IMG/VR virus record: IMGVR_UViG_3300021519_000877
Span: 10,426-74,425 of that record
Strand: one strand, 5' to 3'
Length of the DNA: 64,000 bases
Source of the DNA: a virus
Positions 48,673 through 60,100 of this stretch are shown one piece after another. A program made the translations under genes and the position numbers. Position 1 is the stretch's first letter, and every line of letters begins with the position of its first letter. Under the pieces are notes generated by a model. That model was not told the origin of the DNA, made no database searches, and saw only the letters and a program-made list of their open reading frames with translations.

Positions 48673-49035
48673 TTATTGAATAAACGGCTTTAAATCTGGA
48701 GCAGTCCAACCTGTTGGTTTTAAAACTTTACCATCTTCACGCTTACGAACTTTACCTGTGTCTTTATCAATCTTGGCAAAGTTGGTACGCATAACTTCTT
48801 TCCACGCACCTTCTGCATCAAACCCGCCACTATGAATAGCACCGATAGTAACAACCAGAATATCAACAAGTGCATCCAACTGTTCTACACGATCTTCTTC
48901 ACGTAACGCTGCTGATAATTCTTTGCTTTCTTCATCAATAAGGCCAATATACATTGCATATTGATCTCTGTTACGATCGCCTGTTGTTTGATCACAAGCC
49001 TTCATAAATGTTTCTTGGTCACGAAATGGGTTCAT
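48673..49035 (-). CDS. MazG-like all-alpha NTP pyrophosphohydrolase
   Basis: LIDEESKEL..EQLDALVD..EV.RTN.AK..DGKVLKP. Confidence 0.8.
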   Translation of the reverse strand: MNPFRDQETFMKACDQTTGDRNRDQYAMYIGLIDEESKELSAALREEDRVEQLDALVDILVVTIGAIHSGGFDAEGAWKEVMRTNFAKIDKDTGKVRKREDGKVLKPTGWTAPDLKPFIQ

Positions 49036-49036
49036 A

Positions 49037-49417
49037 TTATCCTGGAATGTTAAAATTGAAATTACTACCACCAGTTGCGGCAACTCCACGCTGAATAGAA
49101 TTTTTAGGTTTTTCATCAGCTAACAATAACATAGCGTTAAGATCAGCCATATAGATTTTGGCAATAGTGCCATCATCGTTTTCATATTCCATTTCGCGTG
49201 TCCAACGAGCATGTTCCATTAGGATCCACTCGCCAATTTTAACATCTTGTTGGTTTGGCCCAATTGCCCAAACACGACCCCAGCGAGGTTTAATACCTTC
49301 ACCTCTACCGTTGTCGCTTTTTAGGATAAGCCCTGCGGCAGTTACTTCATCGCCGAATTCTATGTCTGTGACAAAAACTTTATCACGCAACGGTTCTAAC
49401 TTGCCTTTAATTATCAT
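49037..49417 (-). CDS. groES: Co-chaperonin GroES-like
   Basis: LEPLRDKV, TAAGLIL, G.V.AIGP, VKIGE. Confidence 0.75.
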   Translation of the reverse strand: MIIKGKLEPLRDKVFVTDIEFGDEVTAAGLILKSDNGRGEGIKPRWGRVWAIGPNQQDVKIGEWILMEHARWTREMEYENDDGTIAKIYMADLNAMLLLADEKPKNSIQRGVAATGGSNFNFNIPG

Positions 49418-49419
49418 TC

Positions 49420-49626
49420 TTAATCTTTCTTAGGATTTTGTTGATTGTAATGATCGTTTACAATATCTTCACGTTTACGAACTACTACACCACCTGGGCC
49501 TAGTTCGTCGCCACGGGCGTTCATACGAACATTACCAACTGCTGGCATTGTTTCATTACGTGCGGCAAGTGATTCCATATCAACTGCTTTACCTTGCATA
49601 CTGCGATATATTTTTCTTTCGGACAT
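49420..49626 (-). CDS. Hypothetical phage protein
   Basis: AVGNVRMNARGDELGPGG. Confidence 0.6.
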   Translation of the reverse strand: MSERKIYRSMQGKAVDMESLAARNETMPAVGNVRMNARGDELGPGGVVVRKREDIVNDHYNQQNPKKD

Positions 49627-49636
49627 TTATGTCTCC

Positions 49637-50158
49637 TTATTTTAAAAACTCATGTATGTCTAAATCATACTTTATGCTATCTACTTTATGGATTCCAATT
49701 AAGTACAATACATAACTTGCTACACTTGAACCACGTCCTACACCCCATACAATGTTATTTTCACGCATGGTGTCTACTAAGTATTTAATGTACTTCAGCA
49801 GTGGGATCATGTTATGTTGGGCAAATAACTTTAATTCTTCAGTTACTCGCTCTTTTTCTGTTACTGTACGGCATTCACAGTATAACCAATCTACAATATC
49901 ATATAACCTATACTTTTCAGGCATAAACCACTGTGCTTGATTAGCTTTATCAAACTCTTGTTTGCTGGCTACGGGCTCTGCACAAATTTGTACAAAACCA
50001 GTGTTATCGTAATTTTTCTTTACACTTTCATTGAAAATCGTACAAATTGCTGGATTGTCTAAGAAAATTGTTCCAAGGTCTGTGATTTTACCAGAATACA
50101 GAGCATCAAATACTTCTTGAGCATTTAATATAACTTGTCCGTATTCCGTGATTTTCAT
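49637..50158 (-). CDS. Stand-alone fragment of DNA polymerase III alpha (DnaE) catalytic region
   Basis: RVTEEL..LVD.MR..GVGRGSSVASYVLYLIGIHKVD. Confidence 0.75.
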   Translation of the reverse strand: MKITEYGQVILNAQEVFDALYSGKITDLGTIFLDNPAICTIFNESVKKNYDNTGFVQICAEPVASKQEFDKANQAQWFMPEKYRLYDIVDWLYCECRTVTEKERVTEELKLFAQHNMIPLLKYIKYLVDTMRENNIVWGVGRGSSVASYVLYLIGIHKVDSIKYDLDIHEFLK

Positions 50159-50164
50159 ACCCTT

Positions 50165-50193
50165 ATTATAACAGGTATTGTGAGTAAGATCAA
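50165..50193 (-). promoter_or_regulatory. Sigma70-type promoter TTGATC-17-TATAAT, leaderless
   Basis: ATG 50158 is 6 nt after the -10. Confidence 0.65.
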
Positions 50194-50432
50194 CCTACGT
50201 TGATGAGTCCGTCTAGACCTTTGTCTTGGCGTTGCATTAGCTTTTTGGTTGCTTCAGACTGTCTGCGTAGAACTTCTTCTCTTAATGAATTCAGAATCAT
50301 CACAATTTGATTAGCTAATGCGCCATTGCCTGATCTAAGAGCAATACTATATTTTTTATTAAGGTCACCAATTTTTGCATCTAACTCAGTATCCTTTAGA
50401 TGAGAAAAATCGTCTAGTAGTGGATTAAACAT
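50190..50432 (-). CDS. Hypothetical protein
   Basis: 80-aa ORF MFNPL.. Confidence 0.6.
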   Translation of the reverse strand: MFNPLLDDFSHLKDTELDAKIGDLNKKYSIALRSGNGALANQIVMILNSLREEVLRRQSEATKKLMQRQDKGLDGLINVG

Positions 50433-50433
50433 T

Positions 50434-50766
50434 TTACCAGCTTCCGCTTACTGTAGCAACTTTTGCCCAAATATTTGTAGTGGTGTTTACATAATTTGCA
50501 TAACAAACATATACAGTTGAACTCGTGGCATAAATCTGCCCATCTAAGTCACCTTCTTTACCAACAGAGCTGGCTGGCTCCGATAGCGCATGGGTAACTA
50601 ATGCTGTTTGGATAACTTGCACATCAGAGATCTCAGCAGCCGCAGTTTCTAAGCTATTTTTAATAGCAATAAAGTTATCGCGGAATCCTTGTGTATCGTT
50701 ATCCTGTCCAGGAACTGGAAAAGTTGTATCAATATTTGTGCTGTAGTTTGTTAAAGTTGAGGCCAT
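50434..50766 (-). CDS. Virion structural protein
   Basis: IDTTFPVPGQDNDTQGFRDNF N-motif; TAAATA at 50790-50795. Confidence 0.65.
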   Translation of the reverse strand: MASTLTNYSTNIDTTFPVPGQDNDTQGFRDNFIAIKNSLETAAAEISDVQVIQTALVTHALSEPASSVGKEGDLDGQIYATSSTVYVCYANYVNTTTNIWAKVATVSGSW

Positions 50767-50805
50767 ATGTGTTTACCGTTGTAGTTGTATATTTATGTGC
50801 TAATA

Positions 50806-51714
50806 TTATAGGGCTGCAATAGCTGATTGGAAAGCACCCCAACTGCCGGCCGCAGCAACTATGGATTTTAATGTTGTTAACGATATTACATCAAGATCAA
50901 GCACAACACCACCTAACGTTGATGTAGTAGCTGGTAGTAAATCCCACCAAATTGATGGAGGTGTTATTCCATCATTGGGCCAACTTTCTGCATATTGTGT
51001 TCCAGTACCATTTAAGAAGTTAATGTTGGTACTAATAGTTCCATCTGCTTGAACAGCAATAGAGCCGCCTGCATAAACTTTAACTCCGCCCTTAACTAAA
51101 GTGCTTGCTGTAGGTAGAGTATATGCTTGAACAGATATAGTTCCAGTAGCTGATACTAAAATACCACTACCAATTCTAACAATACCGTTGGTTGTTGTAG
51201 ATGCTACCGGCAATGATGAAGCAGTAGTTACATTAAGTGTTCCGTCGATGGCAACAAATACTCCCTGTCCTACTTTAATTCCGCCCAAAGTTGATGTAGT
51301 TGCTGGAACTAATACAGTTGCGGTGCTTCCGCTAATAACTCCGTTTATGTCAACGCTTAATCCTGTCCCGATAATAATTCCACCGAGTGTTGTAGTAGTT
51401 GCAGGTTCTAACAGGGCAATGCTTATTGTTCCAGATTGATCAACTAATATACCTTCGCCAATAATAACACCGCCTATTGTTGCGGATGTTGCCGGCACTA
51501 GAGTAGTTGCTCCGGTAGTTGTGTTTATGGCCAACCCATCGCCTAATGTTATTAGCGATTGGCTCGGATCAGTCTGTAACGCAGTAATTTCAGTTTTTGC
51601 ATTATCGAGCGCAACTTTAATAGCACTAAAATTTTCTCTAAATCCAGCACTAGGGTTATCTTGCCCTTGTTTGGGGAATGTTGCATCTATATTAACTGTA
51701 TCAATTTGGCTCAT
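50806..51714 (-). CDS. Fibre-like structural protein with PATxxTLGG repeats
   Basis: Same N-motif (IDATFP.QGQDNPSAGFRENF); about six PAT..LGG.I.G repeats; TAAATA at 51741-51746. Confidence 0.7.
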   Translation of the reverse strand: MSQIDTVNIDATFPKQGQDNPSAGFRENFSAIKVALDNAKTEITALQTDPSQSLITLGDGLAINTTTGATTLVPATSATIGGVIIGEGILVDQSGTISIALLEPATTTTLGGIIIGTGLSVDINGVISGSTATVLVPATTSTLGGIKVGQGVFVAIDGTLNVTTASSLPVASTTTNGIVRIGSGILVSATGTISVQAYTLPTASTLVKGGVKVYAGGSIAVQADGTISTNINFLNGTGTQYAESWPNDGITPPSIWWDLLPATTSTLGGVVLDLDVISLTTLKSIVAAAGSWGAFQSAIAAL

Positions 51715-51749
51715 AATTTGTATCTACCTTTGGATTTACATATTTATTG

Positions 51750-54170
51750 TTAGGGTGTTGGGTAATATAACCAACCATTTTGATCTGATTCTTTTGGTGT
51801 TTCGACAATAATTCTATCTGTATCAAAATCGAACTGTTTAAAATCAAATCCACTATCTCTAATTCTAGATAATACTTTGGCTGTATTACCGGGTAACACA
51901 TAACAAATAGGAACTGCTTTAATAAATCCTAGTGGCACTCCTGTATCTGATTGTAATGTGGTCATATATCTTGGTTGCAATCTATCATCAACTGCTATTG
52001 TTGCAGAATCGATCTGTATAGCTTCTAACTGAGTCTGCATATTAGCCAATGAAACTGCATTTGCTGGACTGTAACTATTGGACATTTGATTATCAATGAT
52101 GTCTACATAAATTAATTCATAAACAATATTTCCATTAGAATCTTCTGCCGCTACACTCTTTATATCTCCAAAGTAGAATCGTTTTCTATGGAAATATTGT
52201 TGCATTGCACCTACGTAAGAATTAATGTCAATCTTTTCAAGGCCTGTTTCAATAACCATTTTGATTTGTGGCTGAACTCCGAACTCTGGATCGTTTGGTC
52301 TGTATAGTAATGTAGAATCGAATGTTACTGAGTTACTCATAAAATCTCGATATGCAACTCTGCTTGCTGGAGCCAAAAATGGTTTAACATATACTCGTGT
52401 ATATTCAGTAAGTGATGTTTCTTTGATAGTAATGTAGCATTCTTGATCAACTGCACTTAATTTGTAAACATCGCTTGCACGAACAGTAAAGTACCAATTC
52501 TCATCGATAGTAGTTGACCCGCCGTCAATAGTAAATGCATGAAATACATTTGTGGCAGTAAAGTCAAAATAAGTTTGACTCCTATAATCGACTCTGCCTT
52601 CAATCGTTCCGTCAGTGTTGAGTGTTAATCCTTTTGGTAAGACACCGCCTACAAGTTCATACTGTATATTATAATCAGCATATACATTCTGTGCCAATAC
52701 TGATAGCTCACTAAACTGTCCTGGAATTACAGTTCCTAACGAACCGGTAGTTATAAACTGAATGTAACTATCAATATCACCTTTAATTGTTAGAATAAAA
52801 ATTTGAGGAGATACAACGGTACTTTGACTTTGCTGATCTGTTTTAATTATATTGATTGTAAATCTATAACTTTTACTATATGCAGGTTGATATGAAAGGC
52901 GTCCGCATAGCTGTCCAGTTTCACTGTCTAGGCTCATGCCGGGTGGGTGCTGGCTAGCAGTACCAAGATAAACAACTTGTGAATCTGGCAACTCTTGAAC
53001 TAATGGGCGATCTAAATTAAGAATGCCACTAGTTGTACCTGTTGGAATAACTCCGAGGATTGTATATGTTGTTGAATCAAAATCTGGAATGTATTCGTCT
53101 AACCGTAGCTTCATACCTGCTACTGGAAATACTTTAGCATTTTTAAAATAAATTACAGAATCGCCTGCTAAATTTTTTGTTGGAAAACTGGCGGCATCGT
53201 ATTGGCTATCAATAGCAATGCTTATTTCTGGATTGACTGTGGTTGACCAATCCCAAGTTAATGGACCTACAAATGGATACGGATCGTATTCATATAAAGA
53301 AATAATCTGATCGCGTCCGGATCTAATTGTTCCAAGATTGGCTGTTCGGGCCAGTAGTTGACCAAAATTGTTTTGCCATAACGGAGCAACAAGATAGCTT
53401 GCACTATCGTCGAGTAAGGTAGTATCTACGTGAACAGTAATATTGTCAGTTCGCAAACTATTAGGATCAACAATTGTCATGTTAAACAATTGGCGTGAGC
53501 TTGAGATACCGTCAGTGACTGTTATGTAAAATTGATAAGTTTTATTAATTGACTCTGGCTTAACCAGTTCAACAACGTTGACATTCATAATAGCATGATC
53601 ATACGGATAGCGATCATACGATTCTTCATCATATCCGCCAGTAATGCTAACTGATGAATCTAATTTTAATTCATCGTTTACATACCCATTGATCCTACCA
53701 CTTAACGATAAAGTTAGGCCAGGCGGCAGTTGTCCGTCACGATCGGCAATATAATATTTTAATGTATTACCTGATGCTAAAATATCAGTATCGGCACGGA
53801 CGGTATAGTCAACATATTCTTTGTTAATAACATAATACGCACCATTTAACCCTGCTGGTAAAACTCCACCGGGGGTGGCCCAAGTAGGATTAGTTGGACC
53901 CGTAACATTTAAACTAAATGTTTGATCACTAACTCCGTCTGTATTCTTTGCTCTAATGACAAAATTCGATGTTACTGTAGTTGGCACAGAATACGGAGTT
54001 CCGGATATCAGCCCAGTTGACGTGCTTAGAAAAAGTCCCGACGGTAACACTCCTGTAATTAAGGAGTAACCAACATTAGTTCCTGTGGCCTGCACAGTTA
54101 CGGATGTTGATATTCTTTCAGTTAGGGTTCCTAAGAACCCTGCTGATGTGATCCAGACTGGCGCAGTCAT
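51750..54170 (-). CDS. Baseplate/virion protein with putative Ig (He_PIG-like) domains
   Basis: Repeated LPxGLxL...G.I.G motifs. Confidence 0.65.
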   Translation of the reverse strand: MTAPVWITSAGFLGTLTERISTSVTVQATGTNVGYSLITGVLPSGLFLSTSTGLISGTPYSVPTTVTSNFVIRAKNTDGVSDQTFSLNVTGPTNPTWATPGGVLPAGLNGAYYVINKEYVDYTVRADTDILASGNTLKYYIADRDGQLPPGLTLSLSGRINGYVNDELKLDSSVSITGGYDEESYDRYPYDHAIMNVNVVELVKPESINKTYQFYITVTDGISSSRQLFNMTIVDPNSLRTDNITVHVDTTLLDDSASYLVAPLWQNNFGQLLARTANLGTIRSGRDQIISLYEYDPYPFVGPLTWDWSTTVNPEISIAIDSQYDAASFPTKNLAGDSVIYFKNAKVFPVAGMKLRLDEYIPDFDSTTYTILGVIPTGTTSGILNLDRPLVQELPDSQVVYLGTASQHPPGMSLDSETGQLCGRLSYQPAYSKSYRFTINIIKTDQQSQSTVVSPQIFILTIKGDIDSYIQFITTGSLGTVIPGQFSELSVLAQNVYADYNIQYELVGGVLPKGLTLNTDGTIEGRVDYRSQTYFDFTATNVFHAFTIDGGSTTIDENWYFTVRASDVYKLSAVDQECYITIKETSLTEYTRVYVKPFLAPASRVAYRDFMSNSVTFDSTLLYRPNDPEFGVQPQIKMVIETGLEKIDINSYVGAMQQYFHRKRFYFGDIKSVAAEDSNGNIVYELIYVDIIDNQMSNSYSPANAVSLANMQTQLEAIQIDSATIAVDDRLQPRYMTTLQSDTGVPLGFIKAVPICYVLPGNTAKVLSRIRDSGFDFKQFDFDTDRIIVETPKESDQNGWLYYPTP

Positions 54171-57100
54171 TAATTTCTTCCTATAGCTACTTCAATTACA
54201 CCCCGAGTCAATGTATTCTTATTCTCGAGTGCCTTACCTATAATAGTTCCAACTTGTGGATTAGTAGCCTTACATGCATATCCAGGAGTAGAAGAAGTTG
54301 TTAATAAATCTCCTTTTGCTACAACACCAATAACTTTAACTGGAACCCGACCTTGCAATGCTATACATGCTCTAGTTCCTTCTTGACTTGCATTTAATGT
54401 GTATGATGGATTAGTTGTAACTGCTCCAGCAACCCTGCTATCGTTAACTTCATTAGTTGTAGTAACTTCAGCATTGCCACCGAATACTAAAACTGTACCT
54501 GGATCATACTCTGCATCAGCGGAATAAAACTCGGCTAAGTCAGCATATGTTGATTCAAAACTTGAACCATCAGCAAGTGACCAAACACCATGAACAGTTG
54601 CAGTGCTACCAGCACCACCAGCAAATAAATCTTGCACAGTAATACCAGCAAATGTTGGCGTTGTTGTTGTTCCAACATCTTGTCCAATACTTAATGTTGT
54701 ATTCTGACCAGCAGTTACTCCTACCCCTGTACCAGCAGTAATGCTTAATATACCGGTACTAGCAATAGTAACTCCGGCAGTGCCGTTGTATGTTGATCCA
54801 CTCAACCCAGTACCGATAGTTAAACCATATAAATTATTTCCAAGTTGAACACCTGATATAGTGCTTGTTGATAATTTGTTTACATTAATACCGGCGTTGT
54901 CATTGATGTGATAATCAGTAATAGGATTATTAACACCCTTGCCGCCTACAAGTTTATATGTTGCACTTGTGGTAGATCGAGTAATTGTAAAATCACTACC
55001 ACCGCTATTTGCTAACTTGGTATTTGTAATTGTAGTTGTGTTATTAGCATCAACATAATTTCTAGTAGCCGCAGTTAGTGGATTATCAGTAGCAATTGGA
55101 TCTCTAGATAGTTGTAGCAATCCAGTCATGATACCAAAGTCTGGTCTTGGTGTAGTACCATCAGTATCAAGTGCTGAGATACCGCGTCTTTCAATACGCT
55201 GATCTACGTAACCTTTATTGGCACCATCACCAGCGTGACCAGTTTGAGGATCTGCTAAGTTGATAATATGATGGCTAGCTAAATTCAAATCGGCCTTCAT
55301 TGCCATCTTACCATTAACTGCTACAAATCCGCCACCACTCAATAAAGCACCTGCATATAGGTTACCATCGCGGTTTAAACCTAAGCGACGATTGATATAG
55401 TTAGCAGTAGCTTGTTCAGTAGGAACTTTGTAATCTGCTTCAGTCACCATGGTGTTATCAGTGGAAAACTCGCTTACAGGAGGTCCAAGGTCTTTCTTAA
55501 GTGATACTGAACTTAAATTACTCAAGTCGATCGGTGCGTTAATAGTTACAGAACCCTGTGCTTGATTAACTGTAAATGCTGTACCTACACGGAAGTTACC
55601 GTCTTGGTCAGTAGTTGCATAATAAACACGAGCTGCTCCCTTCTCATTAACTTCACGAATTTGTTGAGGTTTGTTTACAGGTGGTCCATACAGGTCATTT
55701 GGAATTCTAGTTGTAGCATATCCACCAGTACCAATATCAACAAAGTCATGACCGGTAACACGTAGTAATGATAATCTAGTAGTAACCTTACCTGAACTGT
55801 TGCCAGCAACACCGGCATACAAAGTTGTACCTTCGGTAATTGCGCGAGTTAGGGCTTGATCGAGATCAATCTCTGCCCAAGTCTGGCCAGTAACACTTAT
55901 GGATCGATATGCAACAATATTAAGCAGCTGACCGTTAACCCCAAATTGATAATACTTAGGGGGAGATTGCGCAAGCCCTGCATCAATTCTCGATTGTGTA
56001 GGAAGTGATAGCGGAGTAACTTTAATAGTGCGAGATCCAACAACACCTGCAAGATTAATCGGAGTAGTAACTGCGGCACTAGCACCGTCTCCAGTAATAG
56101 TAATACCAGTTGATGTGCCAGTCCACCCTGTTCCTGGGTTATCAATAACAATACTTGTTACAGTACCGCTAGTAATAACAGCATGAGCAGTTGGAACAGT
56201 TCCGGTAAATGTTAAAACAGTGCCACTAGTAATCATTCCGGTAGTTGGAATGCTTAGGCCAATTTGAACAGTTGCACTATTAATATAGGTTAATGTAGTT
56301 CCTGTAGTTATAGCATTTCCGCTAACAGTCATTCCTACGGATAGATAAGAGATATTATCAATTTCAATAGTTTGCACACCAGCAAGTGCTGATCCCTGAT
56401 CTCCAAATACATTATGAGTTTCGGATAATAGTATAGATGCACTAGATATTGATACAGTTGCGGTAGTATAACCAGTACCACCGTTAGTTAACTTAGGATA
56501 GGTTACGCCTTGTGCTATTGATTGGAAAGCAACATAGTTATAATCTTCTAAGGTATAAACAAACACAGCATTATCTGATTGAACGGTGCTGTAATTTGTA
56601 ACGTGATAAATCTTTGTAGGATCATCATCCATTGTAAGAACGGTACTTGGTCTGCTTAATGTATCAGGATTGATACCATAAAACTTATGCAGTCCTTCTG
56701 CTCTACATGTAACTGCTGCTCCGTTTGCTACGGCCTCTAATAACCCCACTTGTGATGATGTTGACAAATTACCAGAGTTAAATGATAGCTGATACACATT
56801 AGGTATAACATTATTTTCTGCATCTAATGCTTGTACCGCTGCGCCGATGCTGTAAGTTCTAATAATACCATTGTGGTTGATTTCAATCTGACTGCTACCT
56901 AATGCGGGGAAGCCACCGTTTGATGGGTCAACTTCTACATAGATACTAGTTTGTCCTGCGATAGCAGGGAACAACGGATACGCTACATATGCTGTGGCAA
57001 TCTGTGTTAATGGATACGATAGATTAACATTAATAGGAACTTCGTTAGGATCTGAACCTTCCGCAGTTAAACCGTATTCACCGTAACAACTTGAACCAGT

Positions 57101-60100
57101 AGTTGAACGAACTTGTGAGCCGTTTAACGCATAGTAACTTCTGTAACAGTAATATGTAAACATACTTACGTTTTCAGCAAAGCCACCGTTGGTTACAAAA
57201 ATACCATAACCTAAGTCGTTAACCTGTGTAAAGTCGTTAGCCAACATAGAACGGTTACCAGCAGTGACTAACTCAAATCTATTTGGAACAATATCTACAA
57301 ATCCTGCAATTGGAGTCGGGACATTAATTGTCGCATCACCAAAATACACTTTATAATTTGTGCCAGCAGTCCAGTTGTCGCCAGCATACACCATGCTGAT
57401 TCCTGTAATCTTACCATTGCTATCTACAGAACTAACAGTAGCAGTTGCAGTAGTAATGCCAGTCGTGCCTTGTGGTTCAATGCTAATAGCACAACCTACA
57501 GCATATCCTGCTCCACCATACGCAATAGTAGCGGCAATAATATTACCGCTGCTAAGTTGTAGATTATTAATAACAGCGCCGCCAATAGCAATTGTAGGAG
57601 TGGCAATATAACCAGTTCCTGGAAAGTCAATTATAACATTTGTAATTCGTCCTAGACCATTTGATACCGCATGGCCTGTAGCAGTAATACCACCGACCCC
57701 ATTAGGAGCATCTACTGTGATAGGAATATTTGTTTGGTTGGGTTTAAAGCCACCAACAGTATCAGTTACTGTTACAATATTACTTCCAGTAACAGCTAAC
57801 CCACCCGGAGTTAACGGATTTAAGTTTAGTGTGGCTGCATAAGTTTGTGTACCATTTGGTAACACAGCATCTGGTACAAAATTACTTAAGAAGTCAACTT
57901 CGTATCGAATACCATTATGAACAAAGAATGACGGAACTTCTGGTCTACGAACTAGTCCATCAACTGGAATACGAAGTGGGCTTGCAAATGTATTAGTAGT
58001 TGGATAAATTTCTAAATTGCCGGTAAATCCGTCTACAAACATACCGCCACGGAATGCCTGTTTGGCAACGCTTTGACTAAATGATGAACAAGTTTGTGTG
58101 TATGGTGATTTGTTTTTAATTTGTCCGGCAGGATCTAATACCTTCATGAAGCCGCCGTGTCCCTGACAGCTGATATAACGAAGGATAGTTGCATCGTTCA
58201 TTAAGAACATATCCATCTCTGTATTCAGTTTTGGAGGATTAAAATCTGCATCGAGATTAATAATTCGAGCCGCTGCTTGGATTAAGTCTGCTAAGATTAC
58301 ATCAGCACCCGGTTCGATCCCGGCGATAATTGCTTGGCCTAAAGTATTAATGTGTCTAATGCCATCTGCACACTGTCCAGTAGTTAGACTAGGAAATGTA
58401 GCAACACCTGCGGCTAGTCTCATAGTATTTCCGCTACCACCCATAGTTATATCAGTTATTAAACTGTCAACCATTGTGCCTGCATCGCGGAAGCATAAAG
58501 CAACATCAAAGGAATATAACGGGTATGTATCCTGAATGTATGTTACGACACCATTTTGAATATCTACTTTATTTTCAGCTAATGCTTTTGCAGTCTTTAT
58601 AAATCCACCGGCATTAGTTTGCGTTGTTAAGACATTAATAATCTTACTAGGATCACGAAGATAGTGATATCCAAAATTAACTGGTTTGTAAATCTGCCAA
58701 TCACCTGTAGCAATAGGATCGGTATTTGCCATGCCATTGTGGTCAACAGTAACAGTAAAGCTAGATCCATTACACGCAGTAATAACCCCCTGGCCGCCGT
58801 TACCAACAAACATATAATTTTTATAGCTCGAACTAATAGTGCCTGTGCTTAACGTAACAGAAATATCGCCGCTAGATCCATTTGGACTTGCAGTGGCTGT
58901 TGCAATAGTACCAGTAGTTGCATAGTTAAAACTAGTATCAAGTGGAGCAATTTGTAATCCGTCAATCTGTGTATCCCTACGGAAGTGGGTAGTTGCCCAT
59001 GGACTGGTACTTACTCCGGTATCTGGACGAATAATTACACGGCGGAATTCGTCACCACGTATAGAAGTGTTAGCTGAAAGTTTAATCGGCAACTGTTCAT
59101 AATACTCACCTGACTCAACAATAAATGAGATCTGCATTGAGCTAACATCAGTATTGTATTCAACAGTTTCGCCCGGAATAAAGTCACCGCTATATACATG
59201 CCATGTTCTGTTTGTAAAGACCAGTCCTTCTAACGCAGAATAATCTGAACCAAAGTCTACTAAGAATGCATCGGTATATATACCGAGTTCGTTAGCAACT
59301 GACTGGGTGGCAATAATTGTGCCGTCTGGGACAACAATAGTATCAGGAACGCTTGCAGTGTCAACATAAAATTTATATCCAACCCAAAAATCAGGAATCG
59401 GTACTATTTTAGGATTGCTAAATGTGAATAATACTTGATTAAGATTTCCATAATCAGGTATAGATGCAGTAACATCAGTAGCAAAGTGAACTGCATAGTC
59501 GACGTATTCTATTGTATATACTTCTTCACCAGCACCACCAGTGGCGATGCCTTCGATCAATCCAATAGCTTTACTGCTAATACCTTGAATATACTGTCCA
59601 GGATAGATTGTAAACTTACCTGTTTCAACTGACCCAAATTGATCAGACCCCAAAATACCGGCCTCTAACACTAATCGTGATAATCCGCTGCTGGCGTAGT
59701 TGTCAGTAACACTATTAACGGTACACGGAGTTCCGTTATCGTATGTAATCAACCTTGCGTAATCACCAACTTCGATCTTACTAGCATTAATTAATTCTTC
59801 GGCATACTGTGCTGCCTTATTAAGACTTGCAAATGCATACTGATAGAATCGGCCACGTTTGTATGCGGGAATTTCTGGCTGATAATCTCTGCCCTTGGAT
59901 GTAACATATAGATTATTGGCGCTGTAATAGCCGTTGTTATCTACATAATGTTTGGTTGCAGCAATCAAACCGCCGTCTGAATCTAATGGATCTCTAGATA
60001 GATATAGTGGTCCAGTCATTTGACCAAAGCCTGGATTAATCTCGCCAGTTGCTGGATCAATTGTTTCTGTACCTTGTAAACTGATCTTGCTGTCTACATA

